Part shown: piece by piece, positions 1 through 12,149 of the stretch
Layout: each line of letters starts with the position of its first letter
Position numbering within the stretch: the first letter of the stretch is position 1
Assembly: GCF_006345805.1 (NCBI RefSeq)
Contig: NW_021826232.1
Span: 1 to 35,910 of the forward strand
Direction of reading: 5' to 3'
Length of the DNA: 35,910 bases
From: Octopus sinensis
Lineage: Eukaryota
Made by a program: the position numbers and the translations under genes
The notes under the pieces: model-generated
What the model saw: the letters and a program-made list of their open reading frames with translations, nothing else
What the model was told of the DNA's origin: nothing
Databases searched by the model: none

Positions 1-390
1 CTAGCTTGCGAACCACATGGTTCCGAGTTCAGTCCCATTGCGTGGCACCTTGGGTAAGTGTCTTCTACTATAGCCTCGGGCCGACCAAAGCCTTGTGAGT
101 GGATTTGGTAGACGGAAACTGAAAGAAGACCGTCGTATATATGTGTATATATGTATGTGTGTGTATATGTTTGTGTGTCTGTGTTTGTCCTCCCCCTCCC
201 CCCACAACATCGCTTGACAACCGATGCTGGTGTGTTTACGTCACCGTAACTTAGCGGTTCGGTAAAAGAGAGCGATAGAATAAGTACTAGGCTTACAAAG
301 AATAAGTCCTGGGGTCGATTTGCGCGACTAAAAGCGGTGCTCCAGCATGGCCACAGTCAAATGACTGAAACAAGTAAAAGAATAAAAGAG
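1..390 (+). mobile_element. Composite tRNA-derived SINE (family B head + TA/TG microsatellite + family C tail), 5' end cut by the window
   Basis: B part (GAGTTCAGTCCC B-box-like; CACCTTGGGTAAGTGTCTTCTACTATAGCCTCGGGCCGACC) at 1-140, then microsatellite, then C part (GACAACCGATGCTGGTGTGTTTACG...GGTGCTCCAGCATGGCCACAGTCAAATGACTGAAACAAG). The same modules recur at ~4440, 11570, 23735 and 31350. Confidence 0.85.
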
Positions 391-834
391 TAAAGCCACA
401 AAGAAATAAAATGTTAAAAATAGACAAAGCCATAGAGAAATACAATCATAAATGTAACACAACAAATATATTAAGTAGACAGAACACACATGATGTGTAT
501 TATATAAGCTAAGTATTTACTAACTACAGAACAGATGAACAAACACATCGTCAAAACCTGTATCAGACAGAACACATAGTGTATTATAATTATAACACTT
601 ATAACAATATAAGGATACTTAAATTTAAGAAGTCGAATAATGAACGAAAAGGGAAATGAGGAAAGTTTCTAACAATGCAAAAAAGTAAGAGGAAAAGCTT
701 TTAGATACTTTAAGCACAAAGGCCCATCTTCAGAAGAGTAAAGTCAGAAATGCGTGTCTACGGGGATCCTGCTCTCATTTTAACCGGAGCCCAAATTAAG
801 AATTTTATCAGCAGCTATCAACAATTGCAAGGTT

Positions 835-1160
835 TTGTTTTTATTATGGCCGGGTTCCAACCCGGGCCGCAGAAACAAAGTTCATCCGCCACGCCCCACG
901 ATCTACTATCACGGTCTTGAAGTCCTGGGTACATTCCGGACCAGTGTCTGCAATCAAGTTGTTGATGTAAGTGCGACGACGCTTTCCTCTTCTTACGTCA
1001 CCATGAAGTGGAGTTCCACTAGATTAATTTTGGATGCTTCCGATTCAAAGTGTACCCAGTGGCAGGCTCCCGCAGAGTAATGCACAAGGTCCAGCATTCG
1101 ATCCTCAAACGTGGACGGTTGATAAGACAAAAACCAATCTTGATTTTTCAATGGTCATGA
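835..1160 (-). mobile_element. Degenerate 3' fragment of a non-LTR retrotransposon (RTE/RTE-X-like reverse transcriptase C-terminus)
   Basis: Minus frame 1017->841 reads GTPLHGDVRRGKRRRTYINNLIADTGPECTQDFKTVIVDRGAWRMNFVSAARVGTRP**. It is preceded across a frameshift by ..ESEASK/KLI*W.., matching the 'LW.P.HG..RG+..TY...L..DTG......DR..WR' motif at the end of LINE ORFs. Clade assignment is from memory. Confidence 0.75.
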
Positions 1161-1167
1161 ATACCAG

Positions 1168-1188
1168 GTAATGATCAAAAGAGTACGA

Positions 1189-1223
<35 letters not shown>

Positions 1224-1275
1224 TTTCTCTCTCTCTATCTCTCTTTTCTCTCTCTCTCTCTGTCTTTTCTCTCTC
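1168..1275. repeat. (CT)n microsatellite
   Basis: Directly visible. Confidence 0.95.
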
Positions 1276-1279
1276 TCTC

Positions 1280-1477
1280 TCTTTTACTTGTTTCAGTCAT
1301 TTGACTGTGGCCATGCTGGAGCACCGCCTTTAGTCGAAGAAATCTACCCCAGGACTTATTCTTTGTAGGCCTAGTACTTATTCTATCGGTCTCTCTTTTG
1401 CCGAACTGCTAAGTGACGGGGGCGTAAACAAACTAACATCGCTTGTCAAGCGATGTTGGGGAACAAACACAGACACA

Positions 1478-1480
<3 letters not shown>
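1280..1480 (-). mobile_element. SINE family C module
   Basis: Reverse complement of 165-390 (CTTGTTTCAGTCATTTGACTGTGGCCATGCTGGAGCACCGC...). Confidence 0.85.
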
Positions 1481-1529
<49 letters not shown>

Positions 1530-1539
<10 letters not shown>

Positions 1540-1750
1540 CGACGTGCAAGTGGTTGAGCACTCCACAGTCACGTGTACCCTCAACATAGTTCTCAGAGAT
1601 ATTCAGCGTGACACAGAGTGTGACAAGGCCGGTCCCTTTGAAATACAGGTACGACTCATTTTTGCCAGCCGAGTGGACTGGAGCAACGTGAAATAAAGTG
1701 TCTTACTCCAGGACACAACGCGTCGCCGGGAATTGAACTCATGACCTTAC
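1530..1750 (-). mobile_element. Adjacent fragments of SINE family D (1530-1650) and family E (1650-1750)
   Basis: 1530-1650 matches 21660-21775. On the minus strand, 1650-1750 reads GAGTTCAATTCCCGGCGACGCGTTGTGTCCTGGAGTAAGACAC (B-box plus SINE body). Confidence 0.75.
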
Positions 1751-2852
1751 GGTAGAAGAGAACATGACAATAAATCTAGCAATAAATCTAGAATTTACGG
1801 TAATCACGTTTAGCTGCCCTCTGTATTCGAAAAAGGCCGCAACACACTCCAATATCACTTCATACTGAAGATGGGACCGTGAACGTCTAAAAACGTCGAG
1901 GATTGATTTTGGAATTAATTGTAATGTTCCAAACATACTACAAAGAACACATTCAATTATATATAAAAAGAAAAAAATCTCGATAAATAAAATAAAAATA
2001 TACTAAAATTACATCGACGATATAACAGACCGAGTGATGTTCCTTTGCGCCAAAATGGACTTAACCATCTGTCTCCCACCAATGGAAGAAATATAACAAT
2101 GATTAATATGTCGGGATGCAGGGCGGTCGATATAATCGACTGTTAACCCTTGAAGTTGGAGGCGATGCATCTCGTATGGCCACGTTCCAAAGACTAAAAC
2201 TTGTAAAAGATTAATGGAATAATAAAATGATAGAATAATAGAATAAAAGAATTTTGAATTGGTAACGTAATGGATCGATAGAGCGCAGAGATGAAAGAGA
2301 CTAACGTGAAACAAATCTTACAATTGAATGGTATCGTAATTGAGAGAAGAAGGAAAAAAAATGTCCCAGAGACAAAGAAAGAGGAAGACAACAAACAACA
2401 CTGATAACGGCGACGACGACCACTATCACAATAGTAACAACAACAACAACAATAACAGCAATAACGACAGAAGCAGCAGCAGCAGCACAAATAACATTGT
2501 CATTATCAAATTATATTGTCATTATCACAATGAACTTAGTATCTTTGATAAATAAAGTTGTTTTTTTTCTATATATAAAGACAAAGAATGTATTTATAAA
2601 AGAGACGTTGAGTTACATAAATTGTTGTTGTTGCTGTTGTTGTTGTTGTTGTTGTTGTTGATGTTGCTGTTGCTATTGTTGATTAGCCCTAGGTCAGGTC
2701 AACCCTGGTAGAATCGCAAAATGGCGCCCCGGCGATTATCGCTCTTAGTGTTCACGCTGTTGTTGTTTATGAAAAACACATCAAGCCGTTTACCGATGAC
2801 CCAAGAAATAAATCAATTCAGAAAGAAAATGAAGACGTCTTGATAGTTCCAG

Positions 2853-2985
2853 GCGTGGCTGTGTGGTAAGAAACTTGCGTTCCGACCACAAGGTTCCGAG
2901 TTCAACTTACTGTGTGGCACCATGAACAAGTTTCTTCAACTATAGTGAGTGGATTTCGTAGACGGAAACTGAAAGAAGTCCGTCG
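2853..2985 (+). mobile_element. SINE family B copy with an internal deletion
   Basis: TGGCTGTGTGGTAAG (A-box-like) ...GAGTTCAAC...GTGAGTGGATTTCGTAGACGGAAACTGAAAGAAGTCCGTCGTAT. Confidence 0.8.
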
Positions 2986-3379
2986 TATGCGTCTGCGTGC
3001 GTATGCGTGCATATGCGTGCGTGTGCGTGCTCGTTTGTGTTCGTGTACGCAGCGCATGTGCATGTCTTTGTGTATAATCAAAATAAGCAACAAGAATGAC
3101 TCCGGTAATTTGGTACGATCGTTTCGTACTACATCATTTTATTAAATGTTGCAAGTATTACAACAGTTTCAAAATGCTGAGTACTCATCAGCCAACTATA
3201 GAGGCTTTCCATTAATACAAAAATTTTCACATCAAGTGGCAACATTATAGAGAAAGTAGATATATAAACAAAGATGTGGATTTAAATTTTAAGAACATTT
3301 GAGGTAGTGGAGCCCATCAACTGACTGACTAAGATTCGGTTGATCCAGACCACTGTAAGATTCGTATATATATAAATAT

Positions 3380-3381
3380 AT

Positions 3382-3423
<42 letters not shown>

Positions 3424-3447
3424 ATGTATATGTTTGTGTATCTGTGT

Positions 3448-3484
<37 letters not shown>

Positions 3485-4206
3485 CACTCGTACATGCGAT
3501 ACGTTCTCATGAACACAACAAGATATGCATAAATGCATATGCACATATTCACACACACACACACACATATATACGCATACACACATTCTAATGCCTACAT
3601 ACACACACACATACACTCATACACACACTCTAACGCCTATACACATACATACATACACACATACACTAACAAACACTCGCACTCTTTCTCTTTGTCACGC
3701 ACACACACATGCAGACGCATAAATGCTAAATCAACTAATTAAGCACACCCACACGCACATACACACACACACACACACACATACACACACATACACACAC
3801 ACTTAAGTGTTGATAGAGATGCATACAGAAATATACATACACACATAAACACATGCACACACGCTCGCGCGCACGAATTCATACAGACACAGGCATATAA
3901 AGCGCACATACAGCTACAGATACACATATACACACGTATAATATATATGTGTGTGCGTGTGCATGTGTGTGTATGTGTGCGTGTGCGTGTGTGTGTGTGA
4001 GTGTGTTTGTGCTTTTGTGCATGTGTGTGCGTGTGTGAGCAGATGTATATGTGTATATGTATCTTTCTGTATGTGTCCCATTGAACATCTATGTGTGTGT
4101 GTGTGTGGTGTGTGTGTGTGTGTGTGTGCACGTCCGTGTGTGTGTAATTAGGTGATTTAGCGTTTATACGTCTGTACGTGTGTGTGCGTGAGAAAGAGAA
4201 AGAGTC

Positions 4207-4242
<36 letters not shown>

Positions 4243-4260
4243 CGTGCGTGTGCATGCATA
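3380..4260. repeat. Compound (GT)n/(AT)n/(CA)n low-complexity block, CA-rich half followed by TG-rich half
   Basis: Directly visible; source of many spurious HT/VC ORFs. Confidence 0.9.
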
Positions 4261-4439
4261 AATGTGCCGTGTGTAACCGCCAGAAACTAGTGCCACTCGG
4301 TACAGATTTATTGATTACTATTTCAGAAATTTGGTCAAAATGACCTCCTCAACCTAGCATCCCGCCAAAAACAAGACATTGATAGGAAGTAAGGTGGGGG
4401 CGGTATACATGTAAAAGAAGAAAAACGAACCACATACAC

Positions 4440-4476
4440 ACAGATTTGATAGACGGAAACTGAATGAAGCCCGTCG

Positions 4477-4546
<70 letters not shown>

Positions 4547-4660
4547 TGTATATGTTTGTGTGTCTGTGTTTGTCCTCACAATATCGCTTGGCAACCGATG
4601 CTGGTGTGTTCACGTCCCCGTCACTTAGCAGTTCGACAAGAGAGACCGATAGAATAAGCC
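4440..4660 (+). mobile_element. Truncated composite SINE B + microsatellite + C
   Basis: AGACGGAAACTGAATGAAGCCCGTCGTATA, then (TA)n(TG)n, then GGCAACCGATGCTGGTGTGTTCACGTCCCCG. Confidence 0.8.
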
Positions 4661-5244
4661 CGTTGTATATATATATAAATATATATATATATATGATAGG
4701 CGCAAGAGTAGCTGTGTGTATATATGTGTATATATATATGTGTGTGTGTGTGTGCACGCCACACATATTCATTACAACGAAGTACAATCATGGTCGTCAC
4801 TCGTAAGTGAGAATGTCTTAATGACACGAGCCATTGCTTAATTAAGCCCTTCTCTCCCTATGAAGCATAAACCATCGACTACCTTTCTCCACTCTTCTCA
4901 ACAATGGGCTGTCTTTTCTCCTCCTCCCCAGTTGTATCCTTACTGTTTTTCAAGTCACTCTGTTTGCCGTCCCCGTCAATTTTTAAGGTGTCCTTTCAAG
5001 CAAAATTGACTTCAGCGGGATTTGAACTCAAAACGTAAAGGTCCGGAAGAAATGCCGCTAAACGTTTCATCCGATGCGTTCGCGATTTTGTCAATCAACT
5101 AGAGCTGATAAAGCTAATATGGGATAATACAGTATTAGACACAATGTTTCTTAATCCGTTGCTTGTCATGTGTATCATATGCGATACATAGGAGATTTTT
5201 CCCTAGCATCTATGTATCCTTTATGATACATATTTCCAGTTTTC

Positions 5245-5476
5245 TTATTTCTTTACTACCCACAAGGGGCTAAACTTAGAGAGGACAAACAAGGACAGAC
5301 AAAGAGATTAAGTCGATTACATCGACCCCAGTGCGTATCTGGTACTTATTTAATCGACCCCGAAAGGATGAAAGGCAAAGTCGACCTCGGCGGAATTTGA
5401 ACTCAGAACGGAACGGCAGACGAAATACGGCTACGCATTTCGCCCGGCGTGCTAACGTTTCTGCCAGCTCACCGCC
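5245..5476 (-). mobile_element. Full-length SINE family A (tRNA-derived)
   Basis: Reverse complement of 6824-7052 over ~230 bp. Confidence 0.9.
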
Positions 5477-6534
5477 TTCTAATTTTCTTCAACTACCAAA
5501 ATAACATGGGGCTTGTGAAAGAAAGCAAAGCTTTATATTACTCAGAGCTAACTAAAAGCCTGAAAACAAGCATGGAGGTTTAGGACAGATTTATGAATAT
5601 GCTTTGGACAGGCAATGAGCTAATAAAAGGTAAGATCGTCACGTTTGAAATGTCATTGATTATAGATTTCGGGTCCAGCCTGTGCTAAAACAATATGTTA
5701 TTATAACTATTGCCATTAATACGAGCCACTATATTGTAAATTACGTAATAAATATTGTCTAAGATACACTATGATTTTAATTAAAGACTGGTTAGTTGAT
5801 AGAATGTGTATGAACAACGCTGCCTGAGGTTAACCCAATTAAAGTACAACTGGTATATGATTCCTCGATCGTTTATTAATGTGTGGCAAAGGGTGAGAAA
5901 GCTTATGTTCCGTTTAAGCATATGCATATTGATGTTTGAATGTAAAATATTTGGTAACTGCATACCAGACACTAACAGGCTTATGGGGCCATCAGAAGAG
6001 AATGGGCACCGTTTTAGGAGCCTTCTGCTCAACAGCGTCATTGCTCATCGGTTGAAATGAGGCGCCGCTTGCTAGATCAACTGGTAACTAGACTTCACTC
6101 AGTATTCTTGTAGACACCCCTCATCGTCTTGAGAAAAAAAAACGGTCTTACTTAATCACAACCCGAAACGCTGGGGAATTAAAACAACGAATTGAATTAA
6201 TAAGTTCTAGCAAATCAAAACAATTCGCATTGAAATGAAGAATTAGCAAATGCTAAATACATTACCGTTAATAAGCTGTCTGTTTATACCCATGAAACAT
6301 TTTTCATCAAATTTTGGCATTTTTCGTCAAATTGATGTCACGATGGCTAGTGCGGAAAATGCCAAACTTTTACGACTTTTGAAAAATCGATGCTGATTAA
6401 AAATCGATTTTTATAAAGTGACCGCATGGGCATAAGCCCCCCCCCCCCAAATCCCACACACACACGTGTCAAGTTTCATCAAGGTCTGTTGGATAGTCTT
6501 GGAGGAGTCAAAATAATAAATTCACAAACACACT

Positions 6535-6662
6535 TACTTTCCTTTCCGGTTCGATTAAATAAGTACCAGTTAATCACTGGGGTCGATGTAATAGATTTAA
6601 TCCCTTTGTCTGTGCTTGTTTGTCCCCTCTATGTTTAGCCGCCTGTGGGCAATAAAGAAATA
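6535..6662 (+). mobile_element. 3' half of SINE family A
   Basis: GATTAAATAAGTACCAGTTAATCACTGGGGTCGATG...TTTGTCCCCTCTATGTTTAGCC...AAAGAAATA. Confidence 0.85.
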
Positions 6663-6771
6663 AAAATTATTATTATTATTATTATTATTTTATTATTATT
6701 ATTATTATATATGTCAGTGTGCGCATGTTTACACGTATACATGTATATATATATACATGTATAAATGTGTG

Positions 6772-6819
<48 letters not shown>

Positions 6820-6823
6820 TGTA

Positions 6824-7047
6824 TGGCGAGCTGGCAGAAACGTTAGCACGCCGGGCGAAATGCTTAGCCGTATTTCATCTGCCGTTACGTTCTGAGTTCA
6901 AATACCGCCGAGGTCGACTTTACCTTTCATCCTTTCGGGGTTGATAAATTAAGTACCAGTTACGCACTGGGGTCGATGCAATCGACTCAATCCCTTTGTC
7001 TGTCCTTGTTTGTCCTCTCTATGTTTAGCCCCATGTGAGCAGTAAAG

Positions 7048-7052
<5 letters not shown>
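6824..7052 (+). mobile_element. Full-length SINE family A (reference copy)
   Basis: Head TGGCGAGCTGGCAGAAACGTTAG, B-box GAGTTCAAATACC, body GTCGACTTTACCTTTCATCCTTTCGGGG, tail AGTAAAGAAATA. More than 15 copies or fragments in the window. Octopus tRNA-derived SINEs (OK/OR1/OR2) are known, but I cannot say which family this is. Confidence 0.9.
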
Positions 7053-7089
<37 letters not shown>

Positions 7090-7265
7090 CATAGACGTAC
7101 ATACAACACATGCTGCGCTGTGAACAAAGTGGAGCGTGAAAAACAGTGTATGTGAATGTATATTTGTATGTGTGTGTATGAGTGAGTGTGTGTGTGCGTG
7201 TGTGTGTGTTTGTGTGTATGTATAGATAAAGAGAGAGAGAGAGGGAGAGACAGACAGACAGAGAT

Positions 7266-7299
<34 letters not shown>

Positions 7300-7859
7300 G
7301 TGTGTTAAAGTGCACACTTATTTCTGTATCCTTATAAGTGTGTGTACGTGTGTATATGTGTGCGTGCGCGCGTGCCTTCGTGCGTGCGTGCGTGCGTGCG
7401 TTCTCTAATCGATCACCTGAAAACGCTTAGTAGAAAATTATTAATATTGCACGTTTCTTTTCAAACTCCTCTCAGAAAATCTGAGTTGTTCTATTGTGGA
7501 ATTTGTCGATATGGAAAGTAATAAACTCAACCAAAGGAAGCAAAAGCGAAAAATTTCTCCGTAGAAATTGCTAAAAATTTTTCATCTACCGAAACTCCCC
7601 AAAGCCAAGGAGTGGCTGGAATGGACAATAATAAATTGGTAAATTGTACGGCTGTTATGTAGAAGAATCTCGAGGAAAAATAGCATGCCTTCACAAATGT
7701 AATAAATTCGTGAGCTTCAGCTGAGCTAAGCTGGAATGTCCAGAATATATGGCAAAAAAAAAAAAAGAAAAGAAAAAAAGGAAAAAAAGTGAAGAAAAAA
7801 AAAGCAAACATGAGGTAGATGATGATAAAAAGAGGAAGTGAAGAGGAACAACAAGGAGT

Positions 7860-8110
7860 GGTAGTAGTAGTGGTAGTGGTAGTGGTAGGAAGAGGAGGAG
7901 GAGGAGGAGGAGGAGAATGAAGATGAAGAATGAAGAATGATGAAGAAGAAGAAGAAGAAGAAGAAGAAAAAGAAGAAGACGGAGGAGGAGGAGGAGGAGA
8001 GGAAGGAGAAGAAGAAGAAGAAGAAGAAGAAGAAGAGAAGAAGAAGAAGAAGAAGAAAAAGAAGAAGAAGAAGAAGAGCGAAAAAGAGGGAGAGGACGAG
8101 GAGTAGGAAA
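7860..8110. repeat. Purine-rich triplet microsatellites (GTA/GTG, GAG, GAA)n
   Basis: Directly visible; explains the poly-K/E/R ORF 7937-8158. Confidence 0.95.
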
Positions 8111-8370
8111 CCTATCCTATTTGAACCCTCGGCGTTTGCTTCAAAAGACTATTGTTAGGATACAGATGAATATTGCTTATGCTACTTTTTTTTATATAAA
8201 TACCATTAATAAGATGACGAGTTGGCAGAAGCGTTACGCAGTTTGTGGTGTTGGTTTTGGCTCCTTACGCTTTGTGTTCAATTTCCGCCCGAAATCAAAT
8301 CTAACTTTCGTTTTTCCACGGTCGCTAAAATAATGTACAAATCACGTACAAGGAAATATCGGTATCGTCT

Positions 8371-8787
8371 TATTTCTTTATTGCCCACAAGGGGCTAGAC
8401 ATAGAGGGGACAAACAAGGACAGACAAAGGGGTTAAGTCGATTACATCGATCCCCGTGCATAACTGGTACTTAATTTATCGACTCCGAAAGGATAAAAAG
8501 GCAAAGTCGACTTCGGCGGAATTTGAACTCAGAACGTAGCGGCAGACGAAATACATATTTCTTTACTACCCACAAGGGGCTACACACAGAGGGGACAAAT
8601 AAGGACAGACATAGGTATTAAGTCAATTATATCGACCCCAGTGCGTAACTGGTACTTAATTTATCGACTCCGGAAGGATGAAATGCAAAGTCGACCTCGG
8701 CGGAATTTGAACTCACAACGTAACGGCAGCCGAAATATCGCTAAGCATTTCGCCCGAGGCGCTATTGATTCTGCCAGCTCGCCGCCT
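8371..8787 (-). mobile_element. Head-to-tail SINE A dimer (one full, one 5'-truncated monomer)
   Basis: Junction GACGAAATACATATTTCTTTACTACCCACAAGGGG at ~8547-8580. Confidence 0.9.
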
Positions 8788-9479
8788 TTCGGCATCGTCT
8801 TAGCCCGTTCCCTCAAAATTTCTGTTAAATCAGAAATGTTAGATATCCTACCGTACACTCGGAGTTTATAAAATGCATCAGAATATTTAGGAATCAGATC
8901 GCTATGTCCGTTGTCACGATTTGTTAGAATATTACCTACGTCATAAAACATATCTGAGCAATCAAGACTGCGTAGAATCTACTCCAACAACAATTTCATC
9001 AGTGGTGCGCTTCTTTCTAAGCCAAACCACCCCTATATATTCAGCGCAGCTAACCCACTAACAAAATGGCCGGCGGTGGCTGACCCAAGTGCTGGACTAA
9101 CACAAAAGTAATTAACAGAAAGGCGAACAAGAGACATCAAAAGCCAGTAGCACAACCAATAGCTAACCACATTGAATAAACGGCGACAGTAACACAAGGA
9201 CCATCTTACATTTTGACTACTGTGACATCATCAATGTTTTGTCGTTCGTTGTAACGATAACTTTTTTGTTTACGAAATGAATAGATATTCTTTAAATCTA
9301 AAATCTCAATTAAACTTCAGTTTTCTTTGAAACAAAGGAATGATGAAGTAACGTTATTCTAAATTAGGTATCACTAAACCCGTAGTATCTCGAGTCTCCA
9401 GATGCAAAGGGTCATTATCCAGTTTCCAGGGCTTATAAATGACGGACATCACAACATTCCCCTCTAAATTCCCCTCTGC

Positions 9480-9630
9480 AGGAATTCTCATTTACATCTG
9501 AATGGACTGAAGCGACAGGAAATGAAGTGTTTTACTTAAGAACACAATGAACTACCCACTCCGGAAATCGAAACCAAGACCTTGCGATCGTGAGCGCTAC
9601 AACCTACTACTAGACCACACGCTTTCACAC
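9480..9630 (-). mobile_element. Old SINE family E copy
   Basis: Similar to 1650-1750 (GAAATGAAGTGTTTTACTTAAGAACACAA...GGAAATCGAAACC). Confidence 0.6.
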
Positions 9631-9873
9631 TGTCGTATGAGGGGAGGGATAGACATAAAGTGATTTATTGCCACGTATGTCGTAATGAGTCATGGAATTT
9701 TTATTAATTAAAATAAATCTAACTGCTGAATATGAACCGATTGCTTGCACCATGCTTTCGCTGATAATTTCAGGTGTCTATGTTGTCGTGAACTGGCACT
9801 GACGCTCTCTACGCCTATTCTGTAACTCGGGGTAACATCAAGGATGTGACAGATGCAAGGAGAGAAGGCTGTC

Positions 9874-10101
9874 CCTGCACTAGGCACCCGCACTAAGCAC
9901 CTGTACTAGGCACCTGCACTAGGCACCTGCACTAGGCACCTGCACTAGGCATCCGCACTGGGCACCTGCACTAGGCACCTGCACTAGGCACCTGCACTGG
10001 GCACCTGCACTAGGCACCTGCACTAGGCACCTGCACTAGGCACCCGCACTAGGCACCTGCACTGGGCACCCGCACTGGGCACCTGTACTAGGCACCTGCA
10101 C
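9874..10101. repeat. 13-bp minisatellite (CCTGCACTAGGCA), about 17 copies
   Basis: Tandem units with few variants (TAG/TGG, CCT/CCC, GCAC/GTAC). Confidence 0.95.
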
Positions 10102-10798
10102 ACATTTTTAGCTGAACTGTGTGTGCACCCTTTATATTTTCAGATGAGCAGACTGTACCTTGCGATGGACCGGCGTACCATTCAAGAGGGATGTTGGGAT
10201 CCTAGTCACTTTATTCAACATGGAAAGCGGCTTAGCCCCGACTTCACAGGACCATAGGTTCATAAAAAACATAAGTAAGACTGTTTTTGTACATATCTCT
10301 GGATATCGCTATGGAGACATTTACATTCATGTAAATAAGAGTTAATATAAAAATGCATATACATATGAATTTGTTTAAATGCTAAAACGAAATCCTGGTA
10401 AGCCTTGTTTGGTCAAACTTCCCAGCCATAAATCTGTCACCAGCTGACAGTTGAATCCTGACCGGATATAAGTATTTTTATATTCTAGTTTTATGGTATT
10501 AAAGACATAATTTACTTTCTAAATAATCTTCAATCAGTTTATATTAACAAAAAAAATAGCCAAGGCGCCTTTTAATTATTTTTCTGGTTATGTTTTTGCT
10601 GTCAGATTGTTCTTTTTTTTTCTTTTTTTTTTTTTTGCTTTATAACTAAGAAAAAGGAACAACAATACATTCTGAAATAAACTCTGATGATGTAAATTCC
10701 GATTAAGACGCTGAAACACGTGTAAGAATGACATAAATAAATTATTTCAGAACTGATCTCCATTTTTAAAATTTTTACTTTTTTGTGTGTATACTCAG

Positions 10799-10902
10799 TC
10801 AAGTTTGTAACTTTGGAAACCATTAGCAAGAAATTTTCACTAAATAATACGGATTCTTTTTATAGCCTTCTCTTTCAAAATATGAAGGAATTCCAAAAAT
10901 TG
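10799..10902 (+). CDS. Candidate internal exon of an unrecognised gene (xKFVTLETISKKFSLNNTDSFYSLLFQNMKEFQKL)
   Basis: Acceptor TTTTTTGTGTGTATACTCAG, open frame, weak donor GTTAAC. Phase 1->0 fits an exon starting at 11105. Confidence 0.3.
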
Positions 10903-11104
10903 GTTAACTACATTATTTATATTTGTGTTTATTTTACACAACTCGTCTTATTTGTGTCGATAAATCGAAAGATATTCTATGTATACGAATATCTCTCGGT
11001 GTCATTTTATATTTTTCTGTTACTATCCTTGCCCATTTAGGTTTTCATTATGTATCTATTTACCTGTTCTCATTATTCGTCTTTGTTCACCTTTCGGTCT
11101 ACAG

Positions 11105-11298
11105 ACCTCACCTTGTTATTGTACTTGTCTCATTTTTTCTGCCCTTCTTCATCCCCGTCTATCATATCCATTCATTTATACACCGAAAGCTTATGTTGCG
11201 AACACCACCAAATTCAACAATATTGTCGGAAGGTGTCGAAATTGTGATGATATTTGGTCGGCAACAGATGAGAAACAGAACTTGTCTGTAGCCATCGT
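11105..11298 (+). CDS. Candidate exon (TSPCYCTCLIFSALLHPRLSYPFIYTPKAYVANTTKFNNIVGRCRNCDDIWSATDEKQNLSVAIV); alternative start 11190
   Basis: Acceptor CACCTTTCGGTCTACAG (or CCGAAAG at 11189). Donor GTGAGC at 11299, phase 2, matches the next candidate exon. Confidence 0.42.
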
Positions 11299-11569
11299 GT
11301 GAGCATTTTTCTGATATTTATTTTGATATTTCTCATTAGCAGGTGTTAAAGTAACTAATATGAGAGCTTTAATGTTGCCACGGCCTTAAAAGTCACCGGA
11401 ATCGGCTGAAACCTCACAAAAACTAGAGAGATGTCGAAGATTACCTCCTTGTGTGCAAAAATCTATGCACTTGAAAGCGTTCGATCTTCAAAATCAAAAA
11501 AAAATTTAATTCCGACTTGGCTCATAATAATACTTCATTTATTTTAATGTTTCTACGCAGAGTACTATG

Positions 11570-11790
11570 CATGGCTAATGTGTTTGTGTTGCTCGCTTTG
11601 TAACCATGCGGTTTCGGGTTCAGTCCCACTGTGCGGCATTTTGGTCAAGTGTCTTCTACTATAGCCCTGAACCGTGTGAAAGCCTCTCTTAAATATAAAT
11701 ACGTGTGTGTGTGTGTGTGTGTGTATTTATATTTGCGTTTGTTTCCCACCACTGCTTGAAAACCGTCGTAACTTTGTGGTTCGGCAAAAA
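11570..11790 (+). mobile_element. Partial composite SINE B + (TG)n + C
   Basis: GGGTTCAGTCCCACTGTGCGGCATTTTGGTCAAGTGTCTTCTACTATAGCCC; later CTTGAAAACCG...GGTTCGGCAAAA. Confidence 0.75.
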
Positions 11791-11814
11791 AAAGGCAAGC
11801 TGAAACACAGACAA

Positions 11815-11912
11815 GCAGATTGACAGACAGACAGGCATACAGAGAGACATACAGACAGACAGACACACACACAGACAGACTCACAGACAGGCAGACACAC
11901 AGACAAACACAG

Positions 11913-11978
<66 letters not shown>
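11815..11978. repeat. (CAGA)n followed by (GATA)n microsatellite
   Basis: Directly visible. Confidence 0.95.
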
Positions 11979-12149
11979 TATAAGGCAACACTCCTGCATG
12001 GTCGCACACCAATGACTGAAGCAAGCAAATCATAAAAGATATTTTGCTCTCAAAATTGAAATCATTCCTTTCCATTGAGCCCTTTGCTAAACGTTTCACC
12101 GAGAAATATTCTCGTTGTAAACACAAAATATGTTTATCACAAATATCAG

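Noticed and set aside
734-831. Possible exon RVKSEMRVYGDPALILTGAQIKNFISSYQQLQ
   Set aside because: Poor donor (GTTTTG), abuts the LINE 3' end, and cannot be chained to other candidates.
5803-5892. Possible exon NVYEQRCLRLTQLKYNWYMIPRSFINVWQR (donor GTGAGA), and another at 7565-7638
   Set aside because: Weak acceptor at 5802. Joining through 7565-7638 to 8834 creates a TGA, and the other phase combinations do not link. Kept as unsupported.
7575-7660. STETPQSQGVAG resembling copia integrase 'TPQQNGVAER'
   Set aside because: Match too short, followed by stops, with no other LTR-retrotransposon signal.
10144-10260. Strong acceptor TTTATATTTTCAG followed by a short ORF
   Set aside because: Downstream sequence (CCTTGCGATGGACCGGCGTACC) looks like an old SINE body, and all frames stop within ~115 nt.
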